Assembly: GCF_009914755.1 (NCBI RefSeq) | Contig: NC_060936.1 | From: the human T2T-CHM13v2.0 reference genome, Homo sapiens | Reading direction: 5' to 3' (one strand) | DNA length: 64,000 bases | Shown here: piece after piece, positions 42,253 through 54,280 of the stretch | Numbering within the stretch: the first letter of the stretch is position 1 | How the letters are laid out: each line of letters starts with the position of its first letter | Position numbers and translations under genes: made by a program | Notes under the pieces: generated by a model | Database searches by the model: none | Told to the model about the DNA's origin: nothing | The model's input: the letters and a program-made list of their open reading frames with translations, nothing else

Positions 42253-45200
42253 ATAGATTAAAAAAAGTGGCAACCAAGGAGATGTGGACATAACTCTCAC
42301 ATTGTGAGACATTAAATAATTTAATGACTGTATTTATATTCTTGTGGGGAAATAAATGCCAAGGTACGGAATTGAAAGCCATGACCTTCTTTATCATTTA
42401 TAAAGATTGGACTGCAAGAAGAGAGAAGCCTTCCAGAGACTGAGACCAAAACATTCTGGTTCCTAAGACACCAAAATTGCAAGCTTTCTTTTATGCCTGA
42501 ATTTATCCAAAATTTCTCCAGTTCCCTGAATCATTCTAAGCATTCTTTGTGATCTTCAAGAGAGAAGGGACTTTTTATTCGTTAGGAATATAGCTTTGAA
42601 ATAATATTTAATATGCACTTAAAAAGAGATCAATATATTTTTTAAAAAGAGATGAAATATACCTTTGAAAACAAGAGGGGGTCTCAGTATTTGTTCAAAA
42701 GAACAAAAGAGAGTGTGACTTTGAAATTCTATAAAGGGGTTATGATGTCTGTTTGCTTGAAAAAGAGAAACATTAGGAAATTTTTAATCATTGGGTTTTT
42801 AAACAAACCAATGTCAGGAACTTCTTTTGATTCTGAAGACTGCTGTCCACGTCTGTATCCCCAATATTTGGTACAGTGTAGGCATGCATTCAGTGTTCGT
42901 TAAATAAATAATGGCTGAAATCATCAAAGGCCAAGCATTCAATATTCACATTAACCTCACAATGTGTGGAAGTACCACTTATTAACAACTATTTACTAGA
43001 TAACCTAACTATGGCATATGAAGGATAAATAACTTCTCCAAAGACACATAGTAAGAAGGCAGAGCTGGAACTTGAACCCAGGCAGCCTGACTTCAGGGTC
43101 TAAGCCCCAAATTCCCAAGAATGAAGTGCCAAGAGGGGATGTAGAGAGTAGGGAAAATAAAGCAGAAAGAAGAAAGGTGAGAAAGAAAAAAAAGAGAGGA
43201 ACTCTGTTGGCCATTAGAGAATCATTAACAATATTACACAGGACAAATTCAGAATATTTGGGTGAGAAGCATGAGTGTAGCAAAATGAGGACTGAATGAG
43301 GAGACAGGATGCTGAGATGAGGTCTGGTCCATTGAGACAGAGAGGAGACAATGACAGACATGCTATAGCAGATAAGGGCAACAGGTGGGACAGCAGAGGC
43401 AGGGGATTCCTACCGGAGCTCCCTGTCCCTCTAGGAATTGAGAAGCAGGTGCTTTCCGATAGCACAGAGGGTGGGGATTAGTTGGGCAGTTGGGGAAAAG
43501 ACCCAGTGAGGAAGATGCCTGGATTCATGTCATAGAAGACTTGAGTGGCCATGAGGTCAGCTCAGGGCTGGAGACCATGAACTGGCAGAGAAACCAAGTC
43601 CACTCCCCCTGGGATATTCTTCCAATAGCCTTTGACAACCGAGGTGCAGATATCATCTATGTGGGTGTTGGAATTTGTCAAGAGTTTATAATTGGCTGGG
43701 TAGGCACAGTGGGAAGATAAGAGAGCTAGATGTTGATGATCTTTTTACAGGATAATTAAGAGGTGGTCCTGCGAAATCTACACTGGATAGGAAGTTCATC
43801 AAAAGGAATCTAATTGACTAAAAGAAACATGAAGGGGTTGAAAGAGAATGGGGCTAAGTGAGGTCTAAGGGCAGGTATTAAGAAGGATGATGCAAGAGAA
43901 CCTTTGCCTATGGAAGGTGTGACTCAAGATGGGGGGTTCACCCACATTTCAATAGGAGACCTCACAGGTGGTGCAGGGTTCAAGTGCAGACCATGGGAAA
44001 AGCCCGCTGAAATGCAGCCCGTATCCTTCTGTAAGCCACTCATGAGCACACCAGGCTGGGACGAGGCTGCTGAATTCAACCCAACATCTTGTATAAAGCA
44101 AGGACTTCACTGTCTTCCTCTGACAGTCTTCAGAGGGATTATTAAAATGTGTCAGGGGAGTGCCCATGTAGCCAGTAAAAAAAAAAAAAAAAAAAAAAAA
44201 AACAGTCATTCCAGGATTACTTAGGAATTATCCAATCTGAATTATGTTGTTTCTTCAGGAATGAATCTCTCGTGAAATATATTCTCCCTACATGTTTATA
44301 TACTTTAAATATTTCATATAAGCTGCTATATAAACTGTGATTTTGCTACTCTGAGCCTGTGTTAAATTGCTGTAAATTAAGAATCATAATAATGCCCATA
44401 TCAAAGAAACACAATAAGGATGAATTTAGACCATATGCAATGCCCCCTCTCTCTTTCATTTAGATCCCAAGTTCTGATGTCAGGAAAAATCAGCTGAAAA
44501 ATCACTGGTATTTTTGCTTTCTTGGCTAAATAAATTGGCACCATAATGGAGCAATATCATTAACTAAGTTTACAATCTATTCAGCAAACCAGCTGTGAAA
44601 TAATGTGATTCTTGATGCTTTATTACTAATTTGGGTGGTATCTATTATTTCCAAGTATTCAAATCAAGTAATATTGCATTAGCATTTCATGTCACATAAT
44701 GGTTAAACTGGCATGTCTTCAATTTGAATGAAATATAACTTCAATCTGTATTTACAGAAACAGAAAAAAATCTCTGCTCACTTACTGATTTACATGAGAC
44801 CTTCTCTTTTGGAAAAGTTACTCTTGCTGGGAAAAGTCTTTGCAAAGGTGCTTGGGTTGGGAATATCTCTGACTAATAGGCAACACTGCTTCAGAAAGGG
44901 AGAGATGAGGGTCCATGGCAAGGTAACAGCTAGGAACCCGGCTCTCCTGGGATCAAGGGGAGTGGAGGTCACAGAGTGGTGAGAGAGGAGGATGGAGAGA
45001 GATGGGGATGGGGAGCAGTGAGATGAGGCAGCTGGAACCCTTTCCTGAGCCCGTGGATGTCCTCAGTAAAGTGAATAAATGGGGTTTGTGAACCTGGACA
45101 TGCTGATGTTTGGAGCTGACAATCATTTGTCATGGGAGGCCTCAATTTAAATTTATATAAATATTTTAGGGAAGGAGAGGTCTTACTGAAAATGGTTGGG

Positions 45201-45537
45201 TGTTGTTAACCCTGCTTCCAACTTGAGCATGGGCTCTGTGGGAGGTGAGCCTTGGGTCACTTTCTCATTATGCATTTATGTAGAGATACTCTACTACTTT
45301 TGTAATTATAAAAAGAAAAAAATGCAGCAAACCTTAAAAGTACAATTATAATTGAAAACACACAAAAAAGTCTAAGTGTTTCAGGATGAGGGCCTGTTGG
45401 GGGCCTGAAGTGGCATCACTGTCTTAGAAGCAGGATCACCCTGCAGGTGCAGATGCTGCAGGACATTTTAAAACACGTTTAGACCCTGCCACAGATTTGC
45501 TATCACTTGTCTCTGCATAGCTGAATGGAAGCTGCTG

Positions 45538-45662
45538 GGCCAGGCATGGAGTAGAATCCCAGCACTTTGCGTGGCCGAGGCAGGAGGATTTCTTGAGCTC
45601 AGGAGTTCAAGACCAGCCTGGGCACAATAGTAAGACCTTGTTTCTGAAGAAAGTTAAAAAGG
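45538..45662 (+). mobile_element. FLAM/left Alu monomer
   Basis: Single arm with GGAGGATT...CAGCCTGGGCAC; TSD-like GAAGCTGCT/GAAACTGCT. Confidence 0.8.
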
Positions 45663-46194
45663 AAACTGCTCAATATAATGAGGTGCATGAGGCCTCTGGT
45701 CCACATGCACCAAGAAGGTGTTACCTTTTCTCATCACCTTGAAGCATCCAGGTGTTGAATGGGGCAAGGTTGAATCCCATTAGTTTGCAAGTTTATTTAG
45801 GGGTGGGCAATAGACTAAATGAAGCTGCATTTAATAAGGAAGATGACCCATTTCTCATATCCACAGAAGCTATGCACACTCCTTTTATTAGGCTACATAT
45901 GTCAAATACAGGCTCAGCTTACGTTAGCTTCTATCCAGCCAAATTATAGGGGTTTCCTGCCTGTATGTGATTGCCAAATATTGCAGTTTTCTCCCCAGAC
46001 CCATAAAAAACTGTCTCTGAGACCAAAAGGATGAAAACAAATTGTTTTACCTTTAACTCAAAAATGCAAAGAGGGCTGCTCTGACTCACTCCTACCTCCA
46101 TATGTGCAGCTCAAAGCCACATTTGTGGAGGAGTCAAAAAACATTTACCAAACTCCTGAATCTTTCTTTAAGGGACCACTTATTTACATTGTTT

Positions 46195-46700
46195 TTGCCA
46201 TTAAAAAATTGCATATATTTAAGATGTATAATATAATGTTTTGATATCCTTATCTTAATATACATATATAGTGATATAGTGAAGTGATCACTATAGTTAA
46301 TGACAACAACAGCAACAAAAGAAGGAGATCCTGCCTTTCACAATAGTAAACTGGATGAGCCTAGGGGTCATTGTGTTAAGTAAAATAAACCAGACACAGA
46401 AAAAAAACAAAACAAAAAACAAAAACCACTGCATGATCACACTTATATGTGGAATCTTAAAAAAAAAAAAGAATACATACAATGGAGACTAAATATTTAC
46501 CAACGGCAGGGGGTGAAGGCAGGAAAGGGGAAGATGGAAATCAGAGTGGGCGCAGCTGCATTCACGGGGCATAAGAAAGTCTAGAGACCTGCTCTGCAAC
46601 ATGAGGACTATAGTTGTAAATATTCTATTACAGACTAGTAAGTTGCAAAAAGAGTAGATTTTAGGTAGTCTTCCTATACACATACACAAAATAGATAATT
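46195..46700 (-). mobile_element. L1MA-type element with inverted 5' portion
   Basis: 3' terminus on minus strand (46195-46300) joined to upstream 3'UTR on plus strand (46318-46700). Confidence 0.7.
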
Positions 46701-46714
46701 TGCCTTTAAATCGG

Positions 46715-47065
46715 TGTATTAGTCCATTTTCACATTGCTATACAAAATACCTGAGACTGGGTAATTTAAAAAGAAAGAAGTTTAATTGGCTTACATTTCC
46801 GCATGGCTGGGGAGGCCTCAGCAAACTAACAATCATGGCGGAAGGGGCAGCAAGGCATATCATACATGACAGCAGGAGAGAGAGACAGAGAAATGGGACG
46901 TGCCATTTTTAAACTATCAGATCTCTTGAAAACTCACTATCAGGGGAACATCATGGGAGAAACCGCCCCATGATCCCATCACCTCCCACCAGGGTTCCTC
47001 CTCAGCACATGGGGTTTATAATTCGAAATGAGATTTGGGTGGGAACACAGAGCCAAACCATATCA
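46715..47065 (-). mobile_element. MSTA/THE1D-like MaLR solo LTR
   Basis: TGTATTAGTCCATTTTCAC...GAGATTTGGGTGGGAACACAGAGCCAAACCATATCA. Confidence 0.9.
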
Positions 47066-47997
47066 GTCAGACTCCAGAGTTAACCAGGGAGCACAGCAGG
47101 ATGAGTTCAATGTTCCTTATTACCTGAGACATTTTGTACTTTGAAAAATCATTTTTAAAAGATTTCCCTTGGTATATATACAATGTTAATTCTTGCTCAC
47201 ACATCTCACACATAAATGAGATCAAAATGAAACTTTCCCTCTATTAAAAAAATAGATTTAGGAAACAGCTTCCAAACAGGAGGAAAAGGCTGTCAGCTAC
47301 ATTGTTTCCTTTTCAAAAGATACATCAAGAAAAGAACCAGCTTTATTAAATGGTTCCACCAGTTTTGAAGGGAGCCATTGGACTTCTTTCACAAATTTCA
47401 TCCCAGCCATCTGAGAGAGAGGACAGTTTTACAAAACTGTGCCATAATGCAAATATTTTAATTGTGTCTCAAAAAATGAGAAGCATTGAATCTATTATAC
47501 TATGTAGATAATAAACATACAAAACAAATCAATTCAGACGTAGAGACTTCCCTGTGAACTTTAAGGCTGCTCTGGGAAAGGAGGTTGAGGGTGTAAGAGG
47601 CCTTAGGACCTAAAAGGGTATGGAAGAGCACAATATTTGGTTTAATTTAAAGAAATAGCAAAGTTGAGAATGCCTGCCCTGAATAACTTGATTTGTTTGT
47701 TCACTACGAAATGAAAGTTTCAGAAGAGTGTGGAGATAGAATCTGGTCTAATAACTTTACTTGCCACTAATTTGATATCTCATGACACGGACTGTCAACT
47801 TTTCCATGGAAGTAGAAAATTCCGGTATTCTGGATGGTCTTGGAATTCTAAACTGGCTTTGTTCATACTGGGCATGGCAGGCAGAAGGGGCATTGTAACC
47901 AATCACAAACTTTCTTTTGCATCATTGGAGACACAAAAGGACATGTCCTTCCCTGATTTATTCAAGGTTGCTTTCTACCAAAGGAGCTTGCATGTTA

Positions 47998-48490
47998 ATC
48001 TGTTGAACATTTGTATATCTTCTTTTGAAAAATGTCTGTTTAGGTCCCTTACCTGTTTTTTTAAAATCAGGTTATTTGTTTCTCACTATTGAGTTGTTTC
48101 AGATCCCTATGTAGTTTGGATATTTTGAGTTTGTTTTTGTATATGATGTGAGGTAAGAATCTAATTTCATTCCTCTGCATGTGACTGTCTAGTTTTCCTC
48201 ACTACCATGTGTTGAAAAGATTGTTCTTTCCCCACAGTGTGTTCTTGGCACCTCTGTGAAAAACCACTTGGCTGTAAATGTGTGGGTTTACTTCCGGGCT
48301 TTCTATTCAGTTCCATTGGTTAATGTGTCTGTTTTTATGCCAGTACCATGTTATTTTGTTTACAATAGCTTTGTGATATATTTTGAAGTTAAGCAGTGTG
48401 ATACCTGCAGTTTTATTATTTTTGCTCAAGATTGTGGGGTCTTCTGTGTTTCCATATGAATTTTCAATTTTTTTTCTATTTCTGTAATTT
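47998..48490 (-). mobile_element. L1M ORF2 fragment
   Basis: TCTTCTTTTGAAAAATGTCTGTT, GTTTTTATGCCAGTACCATG, TTTTTGCTCAAGATTG. Confidence 0.85.
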
Positions 48491-49632
48491 ATTTGTAAGT
48501 GTAGGGGCCTTTTCTTTGTAATGTCTTTCTTTATTTGAGCAGGTGAATTTCAGAGAATGTAGCAACTGCTGATATTAAGGAAGTGCTCACTCGGAAGCAG
48601 AGCACACAGAAGTCTGCATGTCCCTCTGATACCGTTGAGAAGGACCAGTCTGTCTTTAGGGGACTCAGGTGCCTATTCTAATGAAAACAGAAAATTCGAG
48701 AACTGGGGTAGAATGAAGTCCTGTGTGACCCTGCAGAGGCAGTTGGACAGGGCTTCAGCACAGGTCTGTGCTTTGTTCATGAGTCATAGAAGTGGCATCT
48801 CAGATCAGCCTGTTGACAGGGCAACTGCAAAGCACTTTACTCCTGGACTGTTTCTGATCTCATTCAGGGGAATGGTACCGACCATGATTTCCTACTCTTT
48901 ATTGTTGCATGTAAACACATGAATCAGTGTCAGTTTTGTACACTCTTAATAACCTGATGAAACTATTGAAAAAATATTTGGAGCAAGGAACATATGTCAA
49001 CAATGAAGAAAATAGTGTTATTTCACTGGTTACATATTAATGGACAGAAAGAAATAAAGTAGATTATGATATTTCCCTCTATGAGTTAGGAATCCCCTGC
49101 TTATATGATGAATAAACAGCAAGGTTTCCTTCACTTGTCTAGCAAAAAAACAAATTGGATAATGTCATTTTTTGGCTCAATATTAAAACTAAACATTGGA
49201 TGTGATTCCAAGTGGTTTCCTGTCCTGCTTAGAATAAAGTCCAAAATCCATATTAGGATCTTCAAGGTCCTACATTGCTTCTGGATGTCTTGACCATGTT
49301 GTTCGCAGATACTATTCATTGGATTCTTGCCATATTGTCCTCTTTGCTTTGCCTCAAATACCCCCAACTACACACCTGCTCTTCTTTCTTCCTGGAAGTC
49401 AATTCCCCAGATATTTTCCTCACGTTGTTCAGTCTCTGTTCAAATTCCACCCTTTCAGAGAGGACATCTTGAACTTCATGTATGAAACAATACTATTTGT
49501 CATCCTTTAACCCCTTGGTCTACTTTAAATTGTTATCTTCCACCATTACTTGATGTTATATGGCATCTGTTTTTTGCTTTTGTTTATTTTCAACTCCCTA
49601 TACCAATTGCTTCCAAACGTTTTTGTTCACGA

Positions 49633-49700
49633 CTCAGCATTGTGGTAAGAGTTCCTGTGAAAACAGTAAGGGAACTAACAAGTTAGACTAATGGATTAAT
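49633..49700 (-). pseudogene. ND2 N-terminal pseudogene fragment
   Basis: ATT AAT CCA TTA GTC TAA CTT GTT ... TTC ACA GGA ACT CTT ACC ACA ATG CTG = MNPLV*LVSSLTVFTGTLTTML versus human ND2 [22 protein letters not shown]. Confidence 0.85.
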
Positions 49701-50332
49701 TAGTATGGGAAGGATGTAACCAACATTTTCGGGGTATGGGCTCGATGGCTTATGGGAAGGATGTAACCAACATTTTCGGGGTATGGGCTCGATGGCTTAT
49801 GGGAAGGATGTAACCAACATTTTCGGGGTATGGGCTCGATGGCTTATGGGAAGGATGTAACCAACATTTTCGGGGTATGGGCTCGATGGCTTATGGGAAG
49901 GATGTAACCAACATTTTCGGGGTATGGGCTCGATGGCTTATGGGAAGGATGTAACCAACATTTTCGGGGTATGGGCTCGATGGCTTATGGGAAGGATGTA
50001 ACCAACATTTTCGGGGTATGGGCTCGATGGCTTATGGGAAGGATGTAACCAACATTTTCGGGGTATGGGCTCGATGGCTTATGGGAAGGATGTAACCAAC
50101 ATTTTCGGGGTATGGGCTCGATGGCTTATGGGAAGGATGTAACCAACATTTTCGGGGTATGGGCTCGATGGCTTATGGGAAGGATGTAACCAACATTTTC
50201 GGGGTATGGGCTCGATGGCTTATGGGAAGGATGTAACCAACATTTTCGGGGTATGGGCTCGATGGCTTATGGGAAGGATGTAACCAACATTTTCGGGGTA
50301 TGGGCTCGATAGCTTATTTAGCCGACCTTATT
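49701..50332 (-). pseudogene. mt-tRNA-Met (CAT) pseudogene expanded by internal tandem repeat
   Basis: 5' end at 50332, 3' end at 49701; anticodon arm TCGAG-CC-CAT-AC-CCCGA present in every repeat unit. Confidence 0.9.
49704..50314. repeat. 47-bp minisatellite, 13 copies
   Basis: TATGGGAAGGATGTAACCAACATTTTCGGGGTATGGGCTCGATGGCT x12, then one copy ending GATAGCT. Confidence 0.98.
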
Positions 50333-51625
50333 TTAGGACGTGGTGTAATAGGTAGCAAACAACAACAAACAAACAAATGAACAAACGAAAATGAAAAACA
50401 ATCTCATGACTCTATATGCACACAAATGTTCCATTCATCAATATTCACCTCTACCATATGCAGTCTGACTCGGAAATAGTGTATCATAGTTCCTTTTTAA
50501 AAAAATGTTGTATTCGCCACTTCACTCCGGTGAGATTCTGTCTCAAAAAAAATATCTCCAGCCACTGAATTAATTTTACGGTCAATGGACTTCAAACTGC
50601 AGATGGGAAGGTCTTGCGTTAGACTATAAAGTCTGTCCAAGGCAGGTCTCAGTGAGTTTTGTACACTGCTGCAAAACAGGTTGCGACTGTTTTGATACCC
50701 CATGGAAGGGGATGAAAACAATTTGTGTTGAATGAATGAATACATTTAAAAAGGGTTCCTCTTATGTCCCTAGTACTGAACTAGGCACTGGGAATATTAT
50801 GATGAAGACTACAGATATGTTCCAATTTGTTAAGTGCAGATCAGGAGGAAGATTAAAAAGTAAACACATGCAACCATTTTGTATATTTAGTCAACAAATA
50901 CAAGGCTGCAAGAGCCTGCTAGTTGCTGGAGGTATGGGATACAAAGATGGATAAGCCTTACTTGATGAACAGTGCAAACTGCTGTCAGAGTGGCCTGCAA
51001 CAGTTTCAGAATAACTAGTTATTTTGTCAAGTATCATAAATGAGAATCTACCATGGCCCACTGTCATCTGTGGTTGGGTTCATAACCCTATGGAACACAT
51101 GCCATAATTTAAGCAATTCTGCCATACTGAGGATATTGAACAATGTTACTGAAAAAAAAAATCTGTGATTCTTTGTTTACAAAATGAAAATGCAGACCAG
51201 AGAGCTTTCTCTGGGCCCTTTCATATCTCTTTGTGCCAATCGAAAGTCCCACAAAAACATATTGATGTCTGCTTTTATAGAAGAATAAAAATTATTTTAG
51301 TGTGCCTGCTGCAATTTAATAATGATCAGACTAATTGGAGAGTCTGTTTGTGACAGTTTATTTCTCCATAACTATGACAGTGTTTTTGCATACTTTCCAC
51401 TGACCTTTTCCAAATTTGCGGAGCTAGAATCAACAGAAAAACATCAATAGCTGAGAAATTACATAATGCAGAAAGTCCATTTTATTAATTCCTTATTTCG
51501 AATAAAGATACAATCCAAGTGCACAGGCAGGAAACATTAAAAGGGAACGTAATTCCATAAGCACTCATTAAGCTACCACTGCATTCCCAATACAGCCCTA
51601 GATATTCAGAGGCTTCAGTGATAAA

Positions 51626-51954
51626 ATGTTTGTGTATTTGGTTGTTTGCTTGATTGGTTTGTTGTTGCTATAGGGTCTTGCTCTGTCACTCAGGCTAGGA
51701 GTGCAGTGGCTTGATCTGGGCTCACTGTAGCCTCTACCTCTTGGGCTCAAGTGATCCTCCCACCTCAGCCTCCTGAGTAGCTGGGACTACAGGCGTGAAC
51801 CATCATGCCTGGTTAATATTTTTTTTTTTTTTTTTGTAGATATGGGGTTTCACCATGTTGGCCAGGCTGGTCTCAAATTCCTGGGCCCAAGGGATCTGCC
51901 TGCCTTGGCCTCCCAAAGTGCTGGGACTACAGGTGTGAGCCACCATGTCCGGTC
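51626..51954 (-). mobile_element. AluJ
   Basis: TAGGGTCTTGCTCTGTC...GGGCTCAAGTGATCCTCCCACC. Confidence 0.92.
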
Positions 51955-52089
51955 TACTTATTTTTATTTATTTTTCCCCTCTGTGAAAAGATGCTTTACT
52001 GCAACCAAAAAAAAATTGAAAAGTAATCTAGTGCAGTGTATTTTGTAAACTCTTGATGCACTGGAAGTTGGGAGGTGGGAAGCAGTCTG

Positions 52090-52280
52090 AGGAGCATGGT
52101 GTGATGGGAGGCAGTATGAGGTAGAGACAGAGGGCAACAGTGTAGAGTAAGCAGAGGATCCTGAGTGCAACCTCAGGTCTACCACTATTAATTGTGTCAT
52201 ACTCATGGAATGTCTTAACCTCCCTAGTCCAAGTTCCCTAGTCTGATCATTGGAAATGGTAACAGTATAAGCTACAGGTT
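52090..52280 (+). mobile_element. MIR SINE
   Basis: Degenerate MIR (CTACCACTATTAATTGTGT...CTTAACCTCCCTAG). Confidence 0.55.
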
Positions 52281-52926
52281 ACTCATTCATTTTGTATATT
52301 TTCACTGAACTTTCATGGGGTAAGCAAGAGTTGCTGGTTTTGTTGCTTATTCTTCACTTTATTTCTGGTAACTGCATCCCACTTGCCCATAAGCACGCCT
52401 GCTTTTCCCCCAATCTCAGCCCTTGTTATTCGAGTAAAACTGACTCCATCTCTAAGTCGGTGCAGTGTGGGTCACATGGTCCAGGCCTGATCCAATTGAG
52501 ACAGAACAATTCTCTGGCCAATGAGTGAATGGTTCTGAGAGGGACACAAGATTCAGCCAGAGACGCAATCATAATTTTGCTGAAAATTTTGGAAGAGTTT
52601 TACTTTGTTCTCACTGGTTCTAAATGTGAAGAGGATGTAAGTGCTTTTCAAAGTGCAAATATGATCCCATTGTCCCCTTGCATCAACCCCTTCGATGTCT
52701 TCCCACATTTTTCAAGACATCAAGCGGTGCAATGACACCAAATGCTCTGGTGCTGCCATGCTTACCTGGATCCTCCTTTCCCTTTTGCAGAAGTGGTCCA
52801 GGTTCATGGGTCCTAAAGCACATACAGTATCAGGGCTTCTTTAAGGAAAAGGGTTCAAGGTTACACATTCAGAAAAGAGTCCCAAGTGTTTGCCAAGGGA
52901 TTAAAAATAGATTTTTAAGATGTGGG

Positions 52927-52958
<32 letters not shown>

Positions 52959-52998
52959 ATCTATATATGTACATATCTTATATATATTATATATAATA
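52927..52998. repeat. (TG)n microsatellite followed by TA-rich tract
   Basis: About 14 GT units, then (TA)-rich sequence. Confidence 0.9.
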
Positions 52999-53406
52999 TT
53001 CCACACACAATGGAATATTATTCAGTCCTAAAAAGGAAAGAGATTCTGACATGTGCTACAACATGGGTGAACTTTGAGGATATTATAGTAAGTAAAATAA
53101 ACCATACACACAAAGACGAATATTAGATGATTTCACTAATATGAGGTAGCTACGATGGGCAAATTCATAGAGACAGAAGTAGAATGGTGGTTGCCACATG
53201 CTGGGGGAGGTCAAATGGAGAGTTATTGTTTAATGGGGACAGAATTTGTTTTGCAAGTTCAAAAAGATCTGGAGGTGCATGGTGGTAATGGCTGCATAGC
53301 AATGAAAATCTATTTAATGTCACAGAACTACACACTTAAAAATGGTGAAGATGTTAAATTTTTATGTTGCATGTATTTTGCCACAAATAAAATTAATAAT
53401 AAAAAA
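52997..53406 (+). mobile_element. L1MB 3' end
   Basis: CAATGGAATATTATTCAG, AAATTCATAGAGACAGAAGTAGAATGGTGGTTGCC, ACACTTAAAAATGGT. Confidence 0.88.
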
Positions 53407-53523
53407 GCATATTGTGTTGATCATCCACCAAGATAGTCTCAAAAGATTCTAAGCAAGGGGTTGGGGGCATTTTATCAGCTTCGAGATGATTCCACCCTTG
53501 AACTTTTGTGCATGAATGTCTGC

Positions 53524-53773
53524 TTTGAGATGGGGTCTCGCTCTGTGGCCCAGGCTGGAGTGCAGTGGTGTGATCATGGCTCACTGAAGCCTCAGCATCC
53601 TGGACTCAAGTGAGCCTCCCACCTCACCCTCTCGAGTAGTTGAGATTATAGGCATGCACCTCCACACCTGGCTATTTTACATTTTCTATAGAGACAGGGT
53701 CTCATTAGCAAGTGAGACCCTGTCTCAGCCTCCCAAAGTGCTAGAATTATAAGCGTGAGCCACCACACCCAGG
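53524..53773 (-). mobile_element. AluJ with internal fold-back rearrangement
   Basis: Reverse Alu; part of the left arm replaced by an inverted repeat at 53691-53726. Confidence 0.9.
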
Positions 53774-53849
53774 TGCACAGACTTATTTTTACTCCTCACA
53801 CAAATTAAGCTCCCTCAACAAGATGGAAAATATTAAAGGAAAGTTAGGA

Positions 53850-54280
53850 GACACAAATGATAAATGAAGTTTAATGTAGCCAATTCGAGTCCCAAAGGAG
53901 AGAATATATATGTAGAAAGAGAGGCAGCATTTGATGAGATGATGGGAGATAAATTTTCGAGGACTAATGAGAGACCCAAATCCAAAGATTCAGGAAGAAC
54001 ACAATATATACCAACTAGGATAAATAACTTTAAAAATTGCAAACTCCCATAATCTAGTGAACCTGTAGAACATTAAACACAGAGAGAAAGGCAGATTATC
54101 TATGGAAGAATCACAGCTGGACTAAAAGCAGATTTCTCGACAGCAACATTTGGAAGCCAGAAGACAGGGGAAGACATCTTCTAATTTCTCAGAGAAAATA
54201 GCTGTCAGCCGAAAATGTGTAATCTTTTAAGAGCAAGGGCAAAATAAAGACTTTATTTTAAATTAAAACAAACAAAAGAA
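53850..54280 (+). mobile_element. Old L1M ORF1 fragment
   Basis: AAAGCAGATTTCTCGACAGCAACATTTGGAAGCCAGAAGACAG. Confidence 0.7.

Larger units (their letters stand above)
49633..50357 (-). pseudogene. NUMT: mt-tRNA-Gln 5' part / tRNA-Met / ND2 5' end
   Basis: Minus strand reads TGCTACCTATTACACCACGTCCTA-A-AATAAGGTCGGCTAAATAAGCTATCGAGCCCATACCCCGAAAATGTTGGTTACATCCTTCCCATA..CTA-ATTAATCCATTAGTC, colinear with vertebrate mtDNA Q-M-ND2. Confidence 0.95.
49603..50615. mobile_element. Degenerate hAT-Charlie-type MITE hosting the NUMT
   Basis: CAATTGCTTCCAAACGTTTTTGTTCACGAC left end; CAATATTCACCTCTACCATATGCAG and CCACTGAATTAATTTTACG...CTGCAGATGGGAAG right part. Confidence 0.45.

Noticed and set aside
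49704-50314. Regular 47-bp array as a CRISPR-like locus
   Set aside because: Units are contiguous and identical with no unique spacers; they derive from mt-tRNA-Met, and the context is primate DNA with no cas genes.
49701-50332. Functional tRNA-Met gene
   Set aside because: Mitochondrial-type tRNA in a NUMT; acceptor strands separated by the array; A-C mismatch in the anticodon stem.
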